From positions 1,120,001 through 1,184,000 of the forward strand of contig CAWAHW010000002.1 in the NCBI GenBank assembly GCA_963781885.1: a stretch of DNA of 64,000 nucleotides. Reading direction: 5' to 3'. This DNA is from an uncultured Spirochaetota bacterium. Lineage in GTDB: Bacteria; Spirochaetota; Spirochaetia; SZUA-6; Fen-1364. Below, piece after piece: positions 40,956-51,149 of this stretch (position 1 is its first letter; the number at the start of each line of letters is the position of its first letter). The position numbers and the translations under genes are program-made. The notes under the pieces were generated by a model that was not told the origin of the DNA, ran no database searches, and saw nothing but the letters and a program-made list of their open reading frames with translations.

Positions 40956-42134
40956 ATGTTCGAGCACCTTCTGGCGCAGCGAATGAGCTCCCTGGCGGGA
41001 GAATCGGCGTTTCAGGTCCTGGCGGCCGCCAACAAGCTGGAGGCCAGGGGAAAGAAGGTCATCCACTTCGAGATCGGCGAACCGGATTTCCCAACGGCGC
41101 CGCACATCAAAGAGGCGGCGAAGGCGGCGCTGGACGCCGGACACACGACGTACGTCAATTCGCAAGGTCTCCCGTCTCTCCGCGCGGCCATCGCCGAGCA
41201 CGCGGGGGCGTTCCGTTCCATCCCCATGCGGCCGGAGCAGGTCGTCGTCGCCCCCGGGGGAAAGCCCATCATCTTCTATACGATCAGCGTCCTCGTGAAC
41301 CCTGGTGACGAGGTGATCTATCCCAATCCTGGCTTTCCCACCTACGATTCGGTCATCCGCTACGTCGGGGGCGTCCCCGTGCCTATTGCCCTGGAGGAGA
41401 AAAGCGGGTTTCGGTTCAGCACCACCGCACTCAGAGAGCGCATCACCGCCCGGACGAAGCTTATCATCCTGAACTCCCCCTCCAACCCCACGGGCGGGAT
41501 ACTCTCCTCAGCCGATCTCGAGGAAATCGCCGCGGCTGTTGCGGGGAGGGACATCTTCATCCTCTCCGACGAAATCTACAGCAGGATCTGCTATGGGACG
41601 CCGGCTCCGTCCATCGCGGCGGTTCCCGGCATGCAGGAGAAGACCATCATCCTGGACGGGTTCTCCAAGACATACTGCATGACCGGCTGGCGCCTGGGAT
41701 ACGGCATCATGCACGAGGAGCTGGCCGAAAAGGTCACGCGTCTCCTCATCAACTCCAACTCGTGTACGTCGTACTTCGTCCAGGATGCTGGCATTGCCGC
41801 ACTGAACGGCCCCCAGGACTCGGTGGACGCCATGGTGGCGGAGTTCGCGCGTCGTCGCGACTGCATCGCCGAAGGGCTGGACTCCATTCCCGGCATCGTC
41901 TGCCACAAGCCAGAGGGCGCGTTCTACGCCTTCGCCAATGTCACGGGCACGGGGCTCTCGAGCGGCGAGCTTGCCTGCGTCTTGCTCGAAGAGGCGGGGG
42001 TCGCGGTGCTCGATGGCGCCGCATTCGGCGTGTTCGGCAGCGGCTACCTCAGGCTGTCCTACGCGACGTCGATGGAGCTGATCCGGCAGGGTCTGGAGAG
42101 GATCGACGCAACCGTGCGGCGGCTCGGCCGATAG
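40956..42134 (+). CDS. PLP-dependent aminotransferase class I/II (AspC-like)
   Basis: IGEPDF, NSPSNPTG, SDEIY and GFSKTYCMTGWRLG motifs. Confidence 0.92.
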   Translation: MFEHLLAQRMSSLAGESAFQVLAAANKLEARGKKVIHFEIGEPDFPTAPHIKEAAKAALDAGHTTYVNSQGLPSLRAAIAEHAGAFRSIPMRPEQVVVAPGGKPIIFYTISVLVNPGDEVIYPNPGFPTYDSVIRYVGGVPVPIALEEKSGFRFSTTALRERITARTKLIILNSPSNPTGGILSSADLEEIAAAVAGRDIFILSDEIYSRICYGTPAPSIAAVPGMQEKTIILDGFSKTYCMTGWRLGYGIMHEELAEKVTRLLINSNSCTSYFVQDAGIAALNGPQDSVDAMVAEFARRRDCIAEGLDSIPGIVCHKPEGAFYAFANVTGTGLSSGELACVLLEEAGVAVLDGAAFGVFGSGYLRLSYATSMELIRQGLERIDATVRRLGR

Positions 42135-42158
42135 ATCGGCATCGCCAAACGCCGGCGA

Positions 42159-42186
42159 TTGACTAATGTCGGAAGGCGCATATAGT
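42159..42186 (+). promoter_or_regulatory. sigma70 promoter of the liv-like operon
   Basis: TTGACT-16 nt-TATAGT. Confidence 0.6.
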
Positions 42187-42232
42187 TCTCTGGCGTGAAT
42201 TAATATGCGCGGCGGGGAGAAGGTCCGGGAGC

Positions 42233-43018
42233 ATGGCGGAAGAACGATACCTTCTGGAAATCGACGGTCTCACAAAGGACTTCCGGGGGCTTCGCGCCAT
42301 CGAGGACCATACCTTGCGCGTCACCGCCGAGCAGATCCTTGGCGTCATCGGTCCCAACGGAGCCGGCAAGACCACGCTGTTCAATCTCATTACAGGCCTG
42401 TTCCCCCCCACGCGCGGCAGCATCAGGTTTCTTGGTGAGGACCTCGCGCGCCTGCGCCCGGATGCTATTGCGCGGCGGGGCATCGCCCGCACCTTCCAGA
42501 ATATTCGCCTTTTCAGCGCCATGTCCGTCCTCGATAATGTTCGGGCGGCTCAGCAGCTGCATACGCCGCGCAACCCCTTCAGCGTCCTTCTGAGCGCACC
42601 GCCCTTTCTCCGCCGCGAGCGGGAGCTTGCCGACTCTTCGCGCGAGCTCCTGCGCATTTTCGGGCTGGAGCGCTATGAGGAGCGCCCGGCGGGAAGCCTT
42701 CCCTACGGAGACCAGCGGCGGCTGGAGATCGCGCGCGCCCTGGCGACGCGCCCCCGGCTTCTCCTGCTGGACGAGCCAACCGTGGGGATGAACCCGCGCG
42801 AGAGCCAGGACCTCCTGGAGCTGATCATGCGGGTGCGGGAAATGTACCGCCTCTCCATCATGCTCGTTGCTCACGACCTGCGCCTCGTCATGGGGCTGTG
42901 CCACAACATCCAGGTGCTTACCAATGGCAGGTTGATTGCCGAGGGTTCACCCGCGGTCATTCGCAACAATCCGGCGGTGATCGAAGCTTATCTGGGGAAG
43001 GCGCGCGACGGTGCTTGA
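42233..43018 (+). CDS. livG: branched-chain amino acid-type ABC ATPase (LivG-like)
   Basis: GPNGAGKTT, RTFQNIRLF and LPYGDQRRLEIARAL motifs. Confidence 0.88.
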   Translation: MAEERYLLEIDGLTKDFRGLRAIEDHTLRVTAEQILGVIGPNGAGKTTLFNLITGLFPPTRGSIRFLGEDLARLRPDAIARRGIARTFQNIRLFSAMSVLDNVRAAQQLHTPRNPFSVLLSAPPFLRRERELADSSRELLRIFGLERYEERPAGSLPYGDQRRLEIARALATRPRLLLLDEPTVGMNPRESQDLLELIMRVREMYRLSIMLVAHDLRLVMGLCHNIQVLTNGRLIAEGSPAVIRNNPAVIEAYLGKARDGA

Positions 43019-43715
43019 GCTGGAGAACGTTTCAGTATCGTATGGAAGCATTCGCGCGCTGAGAGGTGTCAGCCTCACCGTCCGCGAAGGGGAGCTCGTG
43101 ACGCTCATCGGGTCCAATGGAGCAGGCAAGTCGACCTGCCTCCTGGCCATCTCCGGCGTCCTTCACCCGCAGCAGGGCCGCATCATGTACCAGGGACGCG
43201 ACATCACGCGCCTGTCCCCGTTCGAAGTGGTGAGGCGGGGCATCTCCCAGTCCCCGGAAGGTCGGCACGTCTTTGCCCGCCTCAGCGTGGCGGAAAACCT
43301 CATGCTCGGCGCCGGGCAGCGCAAGGACAGGGCAGGGATAGACAAGGACCGCGCGTGGGTGTACGAGCTGTTCCCCGTCCTCCGCGAGCGACTGAGCCAG
43401 GCGGCGGGCACGCTGAGCGGAGGCGAGCAGCAGATGCTCGCCATGGGGCGCGCGCTGATGAGCCGGCCGAAGCTCCTGCTCCTCGACGAGCCATCGCTGG
43501 GCCTTGCGCCCCTCCTGGTGGAGACGATTTTCGACGTCACGCGCAAGGTGCGCGCGGAGGGCGGGACGATCCTGCTGGTGGAACAGAACGCGCGGCAGGC
43601 CCTCGACGTCGCCGACAGGGGATACGTGCTTGAGACGGGACAGATCATACTCGAAGGCGACGCCAGATCGTTGAAGAACGACGCGGGCGTCGAGAAAGCA
43701 TACCTGGGAGGGTAG
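43011..43715 (+). CDS. livF: branched-chain amino acid-type ABC ATPase (LivF-like)
   Basis: GSNGAGKST, PEGRHVF, LSGGEQQML and DEPSLGLAP motifs. Confidence 0.88.
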   Translation: MLELENVSVSYGSIRALRGVSLTVREGELVTLIGSNGAGKSTCLLAISGVLHPQQGRIMYQGRDITRLSPFEVVRRGISQSPEGRHVFARLSVAENLMLGAGQRKDRAGIDKDRAWVYELFPVLRERLSQAAGTLSGGEQQMLAMGRALMSRPKLLLLDEPSLGLAPLLVETIFDVTRKVRAEGGTILLVEQNARQALDVADRGYVLETGQIILEGDARSLKNDAGVEKAYLGG

Positions 43716-43719
43716 GGCG

Positions 43720-44622
43720 ATGCCGGTTCTCCAATACCTGGCGCAGCAGACGATCAATGCCCTCAGCCTGGGCAGCATCTATGCCCTGGTGGCGATCGGG
43801 CTCGCCATGGTCTTCGGCATCCTGCGTCTCATCAATTTCGCCCACGGCGACCTGATGATGGTTGCCTGCTACGCGGCGTTCTTTCTCGTGTCCACCGGCA
43901 TCAGCTTCGCGCCGCTCATCGTCATCACCCTTTTCGCCGCCGCCCTTCTGGGCATGCTCACCGAGCGCGTGGCCTATCGCCCCGTCCGCGGAGCCCCCGA
44001 TGTGGTCATGCTCCTCACGTCCCTCGCGGTCTCCATTTTCATCGAGAACGTTTTCATCATGGTGGTCTCCCCCGTGCCCCGCAGCTTCCGCGCGGTCACC
44101 CCGGCTTTCCTGGACACGGTGCACGCGTGGGCGGGGATGAGCATATCGAACATCAATATCCTCACCGTCGGGGTCACCATCGTGCTGTTCGTCCTCCTCC
44201 TCCTTTTCGTCACGCGCACGCGCGTCGGGGTGGCGATGCGCGCCGTGTCGGAGGACCTCCTGGGCGCCAAGCTCGTGGGCATCAATCTCAACCGCGTCAT
44301 CCTCGCCGCCTTCGCGGTGGGTTCCGCCATGGCCGGCGTGGCGGGGATCCTTTGGGCGGCGCGGTTGGGAAAGATCGATCCCCTCATGGGGTTCATCCCC
44401 CTGCTGAAGGCGTTCGTGGCCGCGGTCATCGGCGGATTCGGCAGTCTTGCCGGCGCCGTGCTCGGCGCGTACGTGCTGGGTTTCGCTGAGATCTTCCTTA
44501 TTGGATTCCTTCCGCCCCAGCTCTCCAGCTATCGCGACGCGTTCGTTTTCCTCCTCCTCATTCTCGTGCTCCTTGTGCGGCCCAACGGGATCCTTGGCTC
44601 CACCGAGAGGGAGAAGGTGTGA
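43720..44622 (+). CDS. livH: HAAT ABC permease (LivH-like)
   Basis: GSIYALVAIGL and INFAHGD motifs. Confidence 0.88.
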   Translation: MPVLQYLAQQTINALSLGSIYALVAIGLAMVFGILRLINFAHGDLMMVACYAAFFLVSTGISFAPLIVITLFAAALLGMLTERVAYRPVRGAPDVVMLLTSLAVSIFIENVFIMVVSPVPRSFRAVTPAFLDTVHAWAGMSISNINILTVGVTIVLFVLLLLFVTRTRVGVAMRAVSEDLLGAKLVGINLNRVILAAFAVGSAMAGVAGILWAARLGKIDPLMGFIPLLKAFVAAVIGGFGSLAGAVLGAYVLGFAEIFLIGFLPPQLSSYRDAFVFLLLILVLLVRPNGILGSTEREKV

Positions 44623-45713
44623 TGGCGGAGCCCTCTTCTTCCCTCCCGCTCCGTCTCCTCCCCGCGCTCGTCATGCTGGCGGTGCTCGCGATCTTCGTCC
44701 TGCTCGTCAATGCTTTCGCCAGCGCCTACATCGCGCGCATCGTCGTCCTTCTGGGCATCAGCATCATCCTCGTGGTCAGTCTCAACCTTTCCAACGGGTT
44801 CACCGGTGTCTTCTCCCTCGGGCACGTTGGCTTCATGGCCATCGGCGCCTATGTCTCTTCCATTCTCACCCTCACGCTCGAGACGAAAGCCCAGAATCTC
44901 CCGGACCTGCCGGCGTGGATCGCGCACGTCCAGATGGGATTCCTGCCCGCGATGCTGCTGGGCGGTCTCATCGCGGGCGTCATTGCATTCCTCATTGGCA
45001 TCCCCCTCATGCGTCTCAGCGGCCACTACGTGAGCGTGGCCACCCTGGGGTTCCTGGTGATCGTGCATATCGTGCTTGTCAACTGGACGCAGTTCACGCG
45101 GGGCGCGCGCACCTTCTCCGGGGTGCCCGCCTATACGACTATCTGGTGGGTCTACGGATGGCTTGCCATCACCGTCTACCTCGTGTGGCGCGTCGTCCAT
45201 TCCCCCTACGGCCGCGCCATGCTCGCCGTGCGGGAGAATGAAATCGCCGCCCAGGCCATCGGCGTCAACATCCTGCGCTCCCGCATCCTCGCCTTCGTTC
45301 TGAGCGGCTTCCTCACGGGGATCGCCGGCGCCCTCTGGGCGCACAAGGTGACATCATTCTCTCCCGCGTCGTTCTATTTCACGCAGACCTTCAACATCAT
45401 CATCATGCTCGTCGTCGGAGGCATGGGAAGCATCAGCGGCTCAGTCTTGGGGACCGTGCTTGTAACGGCACTCTCCGAGCTTCTGCGCAATGCCGAGCTG
45501 GGAATCCGCGTCGGTCCGGTCCAGATTCCCCCCCTGTACGGGCTGTCGCAGATCGTCCTCGCCGTGGCGTTTGTTCTGGTGGTCGTCTTGAGCCGCAAGG
45601 GACTGATGGGGGACCGGGAGATCGACTGGCGGCAACTTGCAAGGTTCCGGGCCAGGGGGCCGGAAGAAGGGAGGAGCGAGGGGCAGAACGGGCCCGACCA
45701 GCCATCCGAGTGA
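44619..45713 (+). CDS. livM: HAAT ABC permease (LivM-like)
   Basis: GFTGVFSLGHVGFMAIGAY, AVRENEIAA and VVGGMGS motifs. Confidence 0.88.
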   Translation: MMAEPSSSLPLRLLPALVMLAVLAIFVLLVNAFASAYIARIVVLLGISIILVVSLNLSNGFTGVFSLGHVGFMAIGAYVSSILTLTLETKAQNLPDLPAWIAHVQMGFLPAMLLGGLIAGVIAFLIGIPLMRLSGHYVSVATLGFLVIVHIVLVNWTQFTRGARTFSGVPAYTTIWWVYGWLAITVYLVWRVVHSPYGRAMLAVRENEIAAQAIGVNILRSRILAFVLSGFLTGIAGALWAHKVTSFSPASFYFTQTFNIIIMLVVGGMGSISGSVLGTVLVTALSELLRNAELGIRVGPVQIPPLYGLSQIVLAVAFVLVVVLSRKGLMGDREIDWRQLARFRARGPEEGRSEGQNGPDQPSE

Positions 45714-45749
45714 AGGATCACAAAGCGCAGAAGGAGGAATCATTCGACC

Positions 45750-46922
45750 ATGAAGAGACACGTGATGCTCTCGTTGGTTCTCATCACAACCCTTATAGCC
45801 GGATCCGCGGCGCTCTCCGCCGCCGATCCCATCAAGATCGGCGGGACGTACAACTTGACCGGGGATATGGCATCGCTTGACGTGCCCGCGGCCAACGGCT
45901 CCAAGCTCGCCGTGAAGGAGATCAATGCGGCCGGCGGCGTGCTCGGCATGCAGATCCAGTTCGTCCTGTACGACGGCAAGACCGATTCGGCCACGAACGG
46001 AAACATCGCCACCCAGCTGGTGAGCTCGGACAAGGTCGTGGCGATCGTCGGCAATACCGACTCCGACTCGGCCCTGGCAATCGGTCCCATCGCGCAGAAG
46101 GCCGGCATCCCCTACCTCACCGCCGGCGCCACGTCGCCGCAGCTTCCCAGCCAGGTCGGCGACGAGATGTTCCTCGAGCCGTTCGGCGACAATGTCCAGG
46201 CGGCCGCCGGCGCCGAGTTCGCCGTCACCACGCTGAAGGGAAAGACCGCGTGGCTGTTCTGGGACAAGGGAGCCGAATACACCACGCTCCTGGCCAAGTA
46301 TTTCAAGACGCGGTATACGGAGCTGGGCGGCAAGATCGCCCTCGAGGACACCTACACCCAGGGAGACACGGACTTTTCCGCGCAGATCACACGGCTCAGA
46401 GCATTGAAGCCGCAGCCGGACATCCTCTACGTCGCGGCCCTCCAGGCGTCGGACGCCGGGGCAATTGCCAAGCAGATCCGCGATGCCGGCATCACGCTGC
46501 CGATGATCGGCGGAGACGGCTACGACGGCCCCGAGCTGGTGGGCGTCGGCGGCAAGGGTGCCGAGAACGTCTACTTCTCCACGCACTCCCTCATGGACGC
46601 GAAGAACGGCAACGCGAAGATGAAGTCGTTCATCGCGGCGTACAACAAGGAGTACGGCCACGATCCCGAGAGCGCCTTTGCCGCGCTGGGATATGATGCG
46701 GTGTACCTCATGGCGGACGCCATCAAGAGGGCCGGCACCGTGAGCTCCAAGGCCATCCGCGATGCCCTGGCCGTGACAAAGGGATTCGTCGGCGTGACCG
46801 GCTCGGTCACGTATCAGCCGGGGCAGCGCATTCCCCAGAAGACCGTCACGATCGTTGCGATCAAGAACGGCGTGTACACGCTGGGCGCTCTGGTGGTTCC
46901 GCAGAAAGTTCCCGCCCCCTGA
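45750..46922 (+). CDS. HAAT ABC substrate-binding protein (LivK-like)
   Basis: Signal peptide, INAAGGVLG, DFSAQI and ALGYDAV motifs. Confidence 0.9.
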   Translation: MKRHVMLSLVLITTLIAGSAALSAADPIKIGGTYNLTGDMASLDVPAANGSKLAVKEINAAGGVLGMQIQFVLYDGKTDSATNGNIATQLVSSDKVVAIVGNTDSDSALAIGPIAQKAGIPYLTAGATSPQLPSQVGDEMFLEPFGDNVQAAAGAEFAVTTLKGKTAWLFWDKGAEYTTLLAKYFKTRYTELGGKIALEDTYTQGDTDFSAQITRLRALKPQPDILYVAALQASDAGAIAKQIRDAGITLPMIGGDGYDGPELVGVGGKGAENVYFSTHSLMDAKNGNAKMKSFIAAYNKEYGHDPESAFAALGYDAVYLMADAIKRAGTVSSKAIRDALAVTKGFVGVTGSVTYQPGQRIPQKTVTIVAIKNGVYTLGALVVPQKVPAP

Positions 46923-46944
46923 GGCTGATGGAACGCAATCTGGA

Positions 46945-46980
46945 GCCGTCGCGCGGGGTGAGCCCGCGCGACGGCGTTTC
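46945..46980 (+). terminator. strong intergenic hairpin (terminator or mRNA stabiliser)
   Basis: 13-bp stem GCCGTCGCGCGGG/CCCGCGCGACGGC with only a short T tail. Confidence 0.55.
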
Positions 46981-47000
46981 ATGAATGAAAGAGGTGTACG

Positions 47001-47765
47001 ATGGACACGCACGGCTTGACCCTCTCCCAGGTTTACGAGTTTCTCCATTCGCGGACGTTCGTCGATCTCACGCACGCCTTCGCGCCGGGCATCCCGCACT
47101 GGCCGGGCTTTCCCAATGAGAAGCGGGAGGCCTTGTACTGGTACGACGAAGGCGTGGGCACCGCCGGCGCGGGCATTTACGTCCATCTCTACTCTCACGT
47201 CGGGCAATGGGGGACGCACGCGGACCCCCCGGCTCATTTCATCAAGGGGCTGCGCACGCTCGATCAGATCGACTGCAAGGAGATGATCCTGCCCCTCGTC
47301 GTGCTGGACATCCACGCCAAGGCGGCGGCAAACCCGGACTATGTCGTCGGCATGGACGACGTCGCAGGCTGGGAAGCGAGGCACGGCCGCGTCCCCGCGG
47401 GTTGCTTCGTCGCGCTCCGCACCGACTGGTCCCACAAGTGGCCCGACGACGCGGCCATGCAGAACAAGGACAAGGCCGGCAATGCACACTTCCCCGGCTG
47501 GAGCGCACCCGTGCTGAAATGCCTCTTCGAGGAGCGCAAGATAGCGGCTGCCGGCCATGAGACGACCGACACCAACTGCGGGACGGACTGCAGCAAGGGC
47601 GACTATTCGCTGGAGACCTATATCCTGAGCACGGATCACTATCAGATCGAGCTCTTGGCCAACCTGGACAAAGTGCCGGAAGCCGGCGCGCTGGTGGTTG
47701 CAAGCTTCCCGAAGCCCAAGAATGGGTCCGGCTTTCCCGCGCGGGTATTTGCCATTCTCCCCTGA
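47001..47765 (+). CDS. cyclase-family metal hydrolase (kynurenine formamidase-like)
   Basis: VDLTH, GTHADPPAHF, HFPGW and QIELLANL motifs. Confidence 0.88.
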   Translation: MDTHGLTLSQVYEFLHSRTFVDLTHAFAPGIPHWPGFPNEKREALYWYDEGVGTAGAGIYVHLYSHVGQWGTHADPPAHFIKGLRTLDQIDCKEMILPLVVLDIHAKAAANPDYVVGMDDVAGWEARHGRVPAGCFVALRTDWSHKWPDDAAMQNKDKAGNAHFPGWSAPVLKCLFEERKIAAAGHETTDTNCGTDCSKGDYSLETYILSTDHYQIELLANLDKVPEAGALVVASFPKPKNGSGFPARVFAILP

Positions 47766-47896
47766 GGCGGACCGCGGGCCCCAGACGCTGACGAGTTCAG
47801 GACCGGCCTCGAGCGCGCCGGGCCCGGGAGTCCAAAGGAATCATTCGCAACAACAGCCTGCCCGGCATTGCGCCCTGCCGAGTTTCAAACTCCCCA

Positions 47897-47914
47897 TGAC
47901 TTTATCGTGACTTT
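47897..47914. promoter_or_regulatory. tandem 11-bp-period direct repeat, probable OmpR/PhoB-family binding site
   Basis: TGACTTT at 47897 and 47908, 60-77 nt upstream of the ABC operon start. Confidence 0.45.
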
Positions 47915-47973
47915 CGGCACTATTGCGACGCTTTGTTTGCTCATACATTTTCCCCGAACAAAGGGGGGAAAAC

Positions 47974-48660
47974 ATGCCGCTGATAAGCGTCAGGAATGTG
48001 GAGAAACACTACCGTCTGGGGAGGGCGGACGCGCCGGCGTTGATCGATATCAGCCTGGACATCGCGGCGGGGGAAAGGGTCTGCCTCATGGGACCCTCGG
48101 GAAGCGGGAAGTCGACCCTTCTCAACCTGATCGGATGCATCGATGCGCCGACCGCCGGAACCGTGATCGTTGACGGCGAAGATACCGGGATGCTCGGCGA
48201 TGCGCGGCTCTCCGATTTCAGGAACACGCGCATGGGTTTCATTTTCCAGAGCTTCAACCTGATACCCGTCCTTTCCGTCTATGAGAATGTCGAGTATCCG
48301 CTCCTGCTGCAGAAGGTCTCCGCGCGCGACAGGCGCGCCCGGGTGGAAGAGCTTCTGCGCAAAGTCGGCATTGCAGAGTACGCCCGACGGAGGCCGGAGA
48401 ATCTTTCCGGGGGCCAGAGGCAGCGTGTATCGATCGCCCGCGCGCTCGTGGTCAGGCCGCGCCTGGTGATCGCGGACGAACCGACCGCGTCGCTCGATCA
48501 TGCCACGGGCAGCTCGATCATGCAGCTCATGGTGGAAATGAACGAGAGCGAAGGCGCCACCCTGATCTTCTCCACGCATGACGCCGCGGTCTCGCGCTAT
48601 GCAAAGAGGATCGTGCGCATGCTCGACGGCCGCGTTGCCGACGACAGGAGCGCGGCATGA
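47974..48660 (+). CDS. LolD/MacB-type ABC ATPase
   Basis: GPSGSGKSTLL, GFIFQSFNL, LSGGQRQRV and ADEPT motifs. Confidence 0.9.
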   Translation: MPLISVRNVEKHYRLGRADAPALIDISLDIAAGERVCLMGPSGSGKSTLLNLIGCIDAPTAGTVIVDGEDTGMLGDARLSDFRNTRMGFIFQSFNLIPVLSVYENVEYPLLLQKVSARDRRARVEELLRKVGIAEYARRRPENLSGGQRQRVSIARALVVRPRLVIADEPTASLDHATGSSIMQLMVEMNESEGATLIFSTHDAAVSRYAKRIVRMLDGRVADDRSAA

Positions 48661-49886
48661 GGACATTCGTCATGGCATGGCGGAACCTCTTCCGCCAGAA
48701 GCGACGGACGCTCATCGCCCTGTCCGCGCTGATCGTCGGCCTGTGCGGCGTCGTTGTCTTCCAGGGGTACATCACGTCGATGATGGGAAGGCTTCGTGAT
48801 TCGACCATACGGGGCGGCCTCGGTCATCTGCAGATTGCGCGTTCCCCCGGCTATTTCGCCGATGGAGAGTTCAATCCCTACGCCTACGCACTCGCGGATT
48901 CCGACACGCTCCTTGCCGGTCTTGCACGCCAGCCTGAAGTCCTGGCGGCGTTCCCCTCGACGGGTTTCACCTCCCTGGCCGGCATGGGTGAGAAATCCGT
49001 CACCCTCCTCGTGAAGGCGTACCCGGTGGAGCGGATGTTCTTCGCCCCCGCGCAGGGGCGCGTGCTTCCTCCCGCCGACAGGTTCGAGCTGGGAACGCTG
49101 CTCGCCGGCGCGGCGCCGGCCCCGGGAGACCAGGATCGCATTGTCCTGGGAGAAACGGCCGCGCGCATCCTCGACGCGCACCCGGGCTCCATCATCACCC
49201 TGATGGCGGTCCTTCCCGACGGCGCTCTCAACGGCAGAGACTTCACCGTGGAAGCCATCTACCGCAACCCGGGACGCGACAAGATCTTCGCGTTTACCGA
49301 CTACGCCACCGCGGTCGACTTCACCTCCATGAAAGGGGCTGCGGTCATCCACGTCCTGGCACGAGACGCCGGGGCGGTCAACCGGATCGCAGCGAGCCTC
49401 CCGCCCGGCCTCGCGGTGCGAACCTGGCACGACCTGGCAACCTACTTCGTGCAGGCGAACTCCATGTTCAGCGGCTTCCTCACCGTCATCCGGGCGATCA
49501 TCCTCCTGATCACGCTGTTCATCATGGCGAACACGATGAACAGGATCGTCCGGGAGCGCATGCGGGAGTGGGGAACTCTCCGCGCCATGGGCATGAAAAA
49601 GAAAAACATCCTCCAGCTTGTCGTCCTGGAGGGATGCCTGCAGGGGGTCGCGGGCGCGGCGTTGGGAATACTCCTGGGTCTTGCGATTTCAGAGCTCCTC
49701 AACCTGCGGGGAGGGGTATCCGTACCGTTCGCGGGAGTTGCAGGGGTGACGGTGAAAATCGCTTTGGGAGGTACCGCCATCTGGTGGAATCTCATTCCGG
49801 CCGGGCTTTGCGCAGGGGCCGCATCGCTGCTGCCGGGCTTTCGGGCCGTGCGGTTGACGCCGTCCGAATGCCTGCGGCAGACATGA
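48657..49886 (+). CDS. FtsX/LolCE-like ABC permease
   Basis: AWRNLFRQKRRT, GHLQI and ERMREWGTLRAMG motifs. Confidence 0.88.
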   Translation: MRTFVMAWRNLFRQKRRTLIALSALIVGLCGVVVFQGYITSMMGRLRDSTIRGGLGHLQIARSPGYFADGEFNPYAYALADSDTLLAGLARQPEVLAAFPSTGFTSLAGMGEKSVTLLVKAYPVERMFFAPAQGRVLPPADRFELGTLLAGAAPAPGDQDRIVLGETAARILDAHPGSIITLMAVLPDGALNGRDFTVEAIYRNPGRDKIFAFTDYATAVDFTSMKGAAVIHVLARDAGAVNRIAASLPPGLAVRTWHDLATYFVQANSMFSGFLTVIRAIILLITLFIMANTMNRIVRERMREWGTLRAMGMKKKNILQLVVLEGCLQGVAGAALGILLGLAISELLNLRGGVSVPFAGVAGVTVKIALGGTAIWWNLIPAGLCAGAASLLPGFRAVRLTPSECLRQT

Positions 49887-49896
49887 AAGGGCAGTC

Positions 49897-51138
49897 ATGG
49901 CACATCAGGGAAAGACGATTCAAATGGCGGCGAGGAATCTTCTTCGCGGCGGCGGGCGGACGCTCTCCACGCTGCTCGCCATCACGGTCGGCCTCGTCGG
50001 GCTCATTCTTCTTGACGGCTACATCACCTATTCAATGCGCGGCCTGCGGGAAAACGTGATCCATTCCGGCACCGGCCACCTCCAGGTCGTGAAATCGCCT
50101 GCCTTCTTCGATGAAGGCGACACGGACCCGTTCCCCTTCATGCTGGATGATGCACCGGGCGTCACGCGGGAGCTCCGCGCGATGCCGGAGGTGCGCGACG
50201 TCGTCGCCGGTCTTTCCTTCACGGCGGTTGCGAGCGCCAACGGGAAGACAGCGACGGTCATGGTGACGGCATTGCCGGTCGACCAGGCGCGCGCGGATCT
50301 GAGCGACCGTGGCATCGATCGGGGAAATGATCTTGTCCCGGGACAGTTGGGAAGAATCCTCGTGGGAAGGGGAGTGGCGCGCATGCTCGGCGTTGCGCCC
50401 GGCGGCTCGCTTTCGCTCTTTGCCCTTGGCAAGGGCGGGGGCCTGAGCACGCAAAGCTATGCGGTTGCGGGAACCACGGCGACGATCATTGCCGCCCTGG
50501 ACAATGCATCGGTCTTCATGGATCTCCCCGATGCGCAGTTGCTGATCGGCAGCACGGACGTCCCGCAGCTCATCGTGTTCCTGAAGAACACCGCCGACAC
50601 GACGCGCGTGGCAAAAGCCCTGCGCGCCGCGGCTCCGCCATCGGCGCTGGCGGGTCTCACCGTCCGGACCTGGGATGAGCTTTCCCCCTACTATCGGCAG
50701 GCCAACTCCGCCTACCAGCTCGTCCTGGCGGTAGCGCGTCTCATCGTCCTGATCGTCGCGCTGTTCTCCATCTCCGGCACGCTGTCATTCGCCGTCCTGG
50801 AGCGACTTCGCGAGATGGGCACGCTGCGAGCCTTCGGGACCCGGCGCCCGCGAGTCCTTTCGATGCTTCTGGTCGAGGGCCTGATCCTGGGCATCGTCGG
50901 ATCTCTCGTCGGGTGCCTCGCGGGCGGCGCGGTATCGGGCCTCATCAACGCGCTGGGGGGAATCACCATGCCGCCGCAGCCGGGAACCTCGTCCGCCATA
51001 CGCATCCTTTTCACCCCGGGGATGCCCACGCTTTTCACGAACGCCGCCTGGGTGCTTGCCGCCTCGTTGGTGGGAGCCCTCGTCCCCGGGATCCTCGCAT
51101 CCCGCAGAAAAATCGCGGACCTGCTCCGCGCTCAATAG
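49897..51138 (+). CDS. FtsX/LolCE-like ABC permease
   Basis: AARNLLR, TGHLQV and ERLREMGTLRAFG motifs. Confidence 0.88.
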   Translation: MAHQGKTIQMAARNLLRGGGRTLSTLLAITVGLVGLILLDGYITYSMRGLRENVIHSGTGHLQVVKSPAFFDEGDTDPFPFMLDDAPGVTRELRAMPEVRDVVAGLSFTAVASANGKTATVMVTALPVDQARADLSDRGIDRGNDLVPGQLGRILVGRGVARMLGVAPGGSLSLFALGKGGGLSTQSYAVAGTTATIIAALDNASVFMDLPDAQLLIGSTDVPQLIVFLKNTADTTRVAKALRAAAPPSALAGLTVRTWDELSPYYRQANSAYQLVLAVARLIVLIVALFSISGTLSFAVLERLREMGTLRAFGTRRPRVLSMLLVEGLILGIVGSLVGCLAGGAVSGLINALGGITMPPQPGTSSAIRILFTPGMPTLFTNAAWVLAASLVGALVPGILASRRKIADLLRAQ

Positions 51139-51149
51139 GAGCATTCACC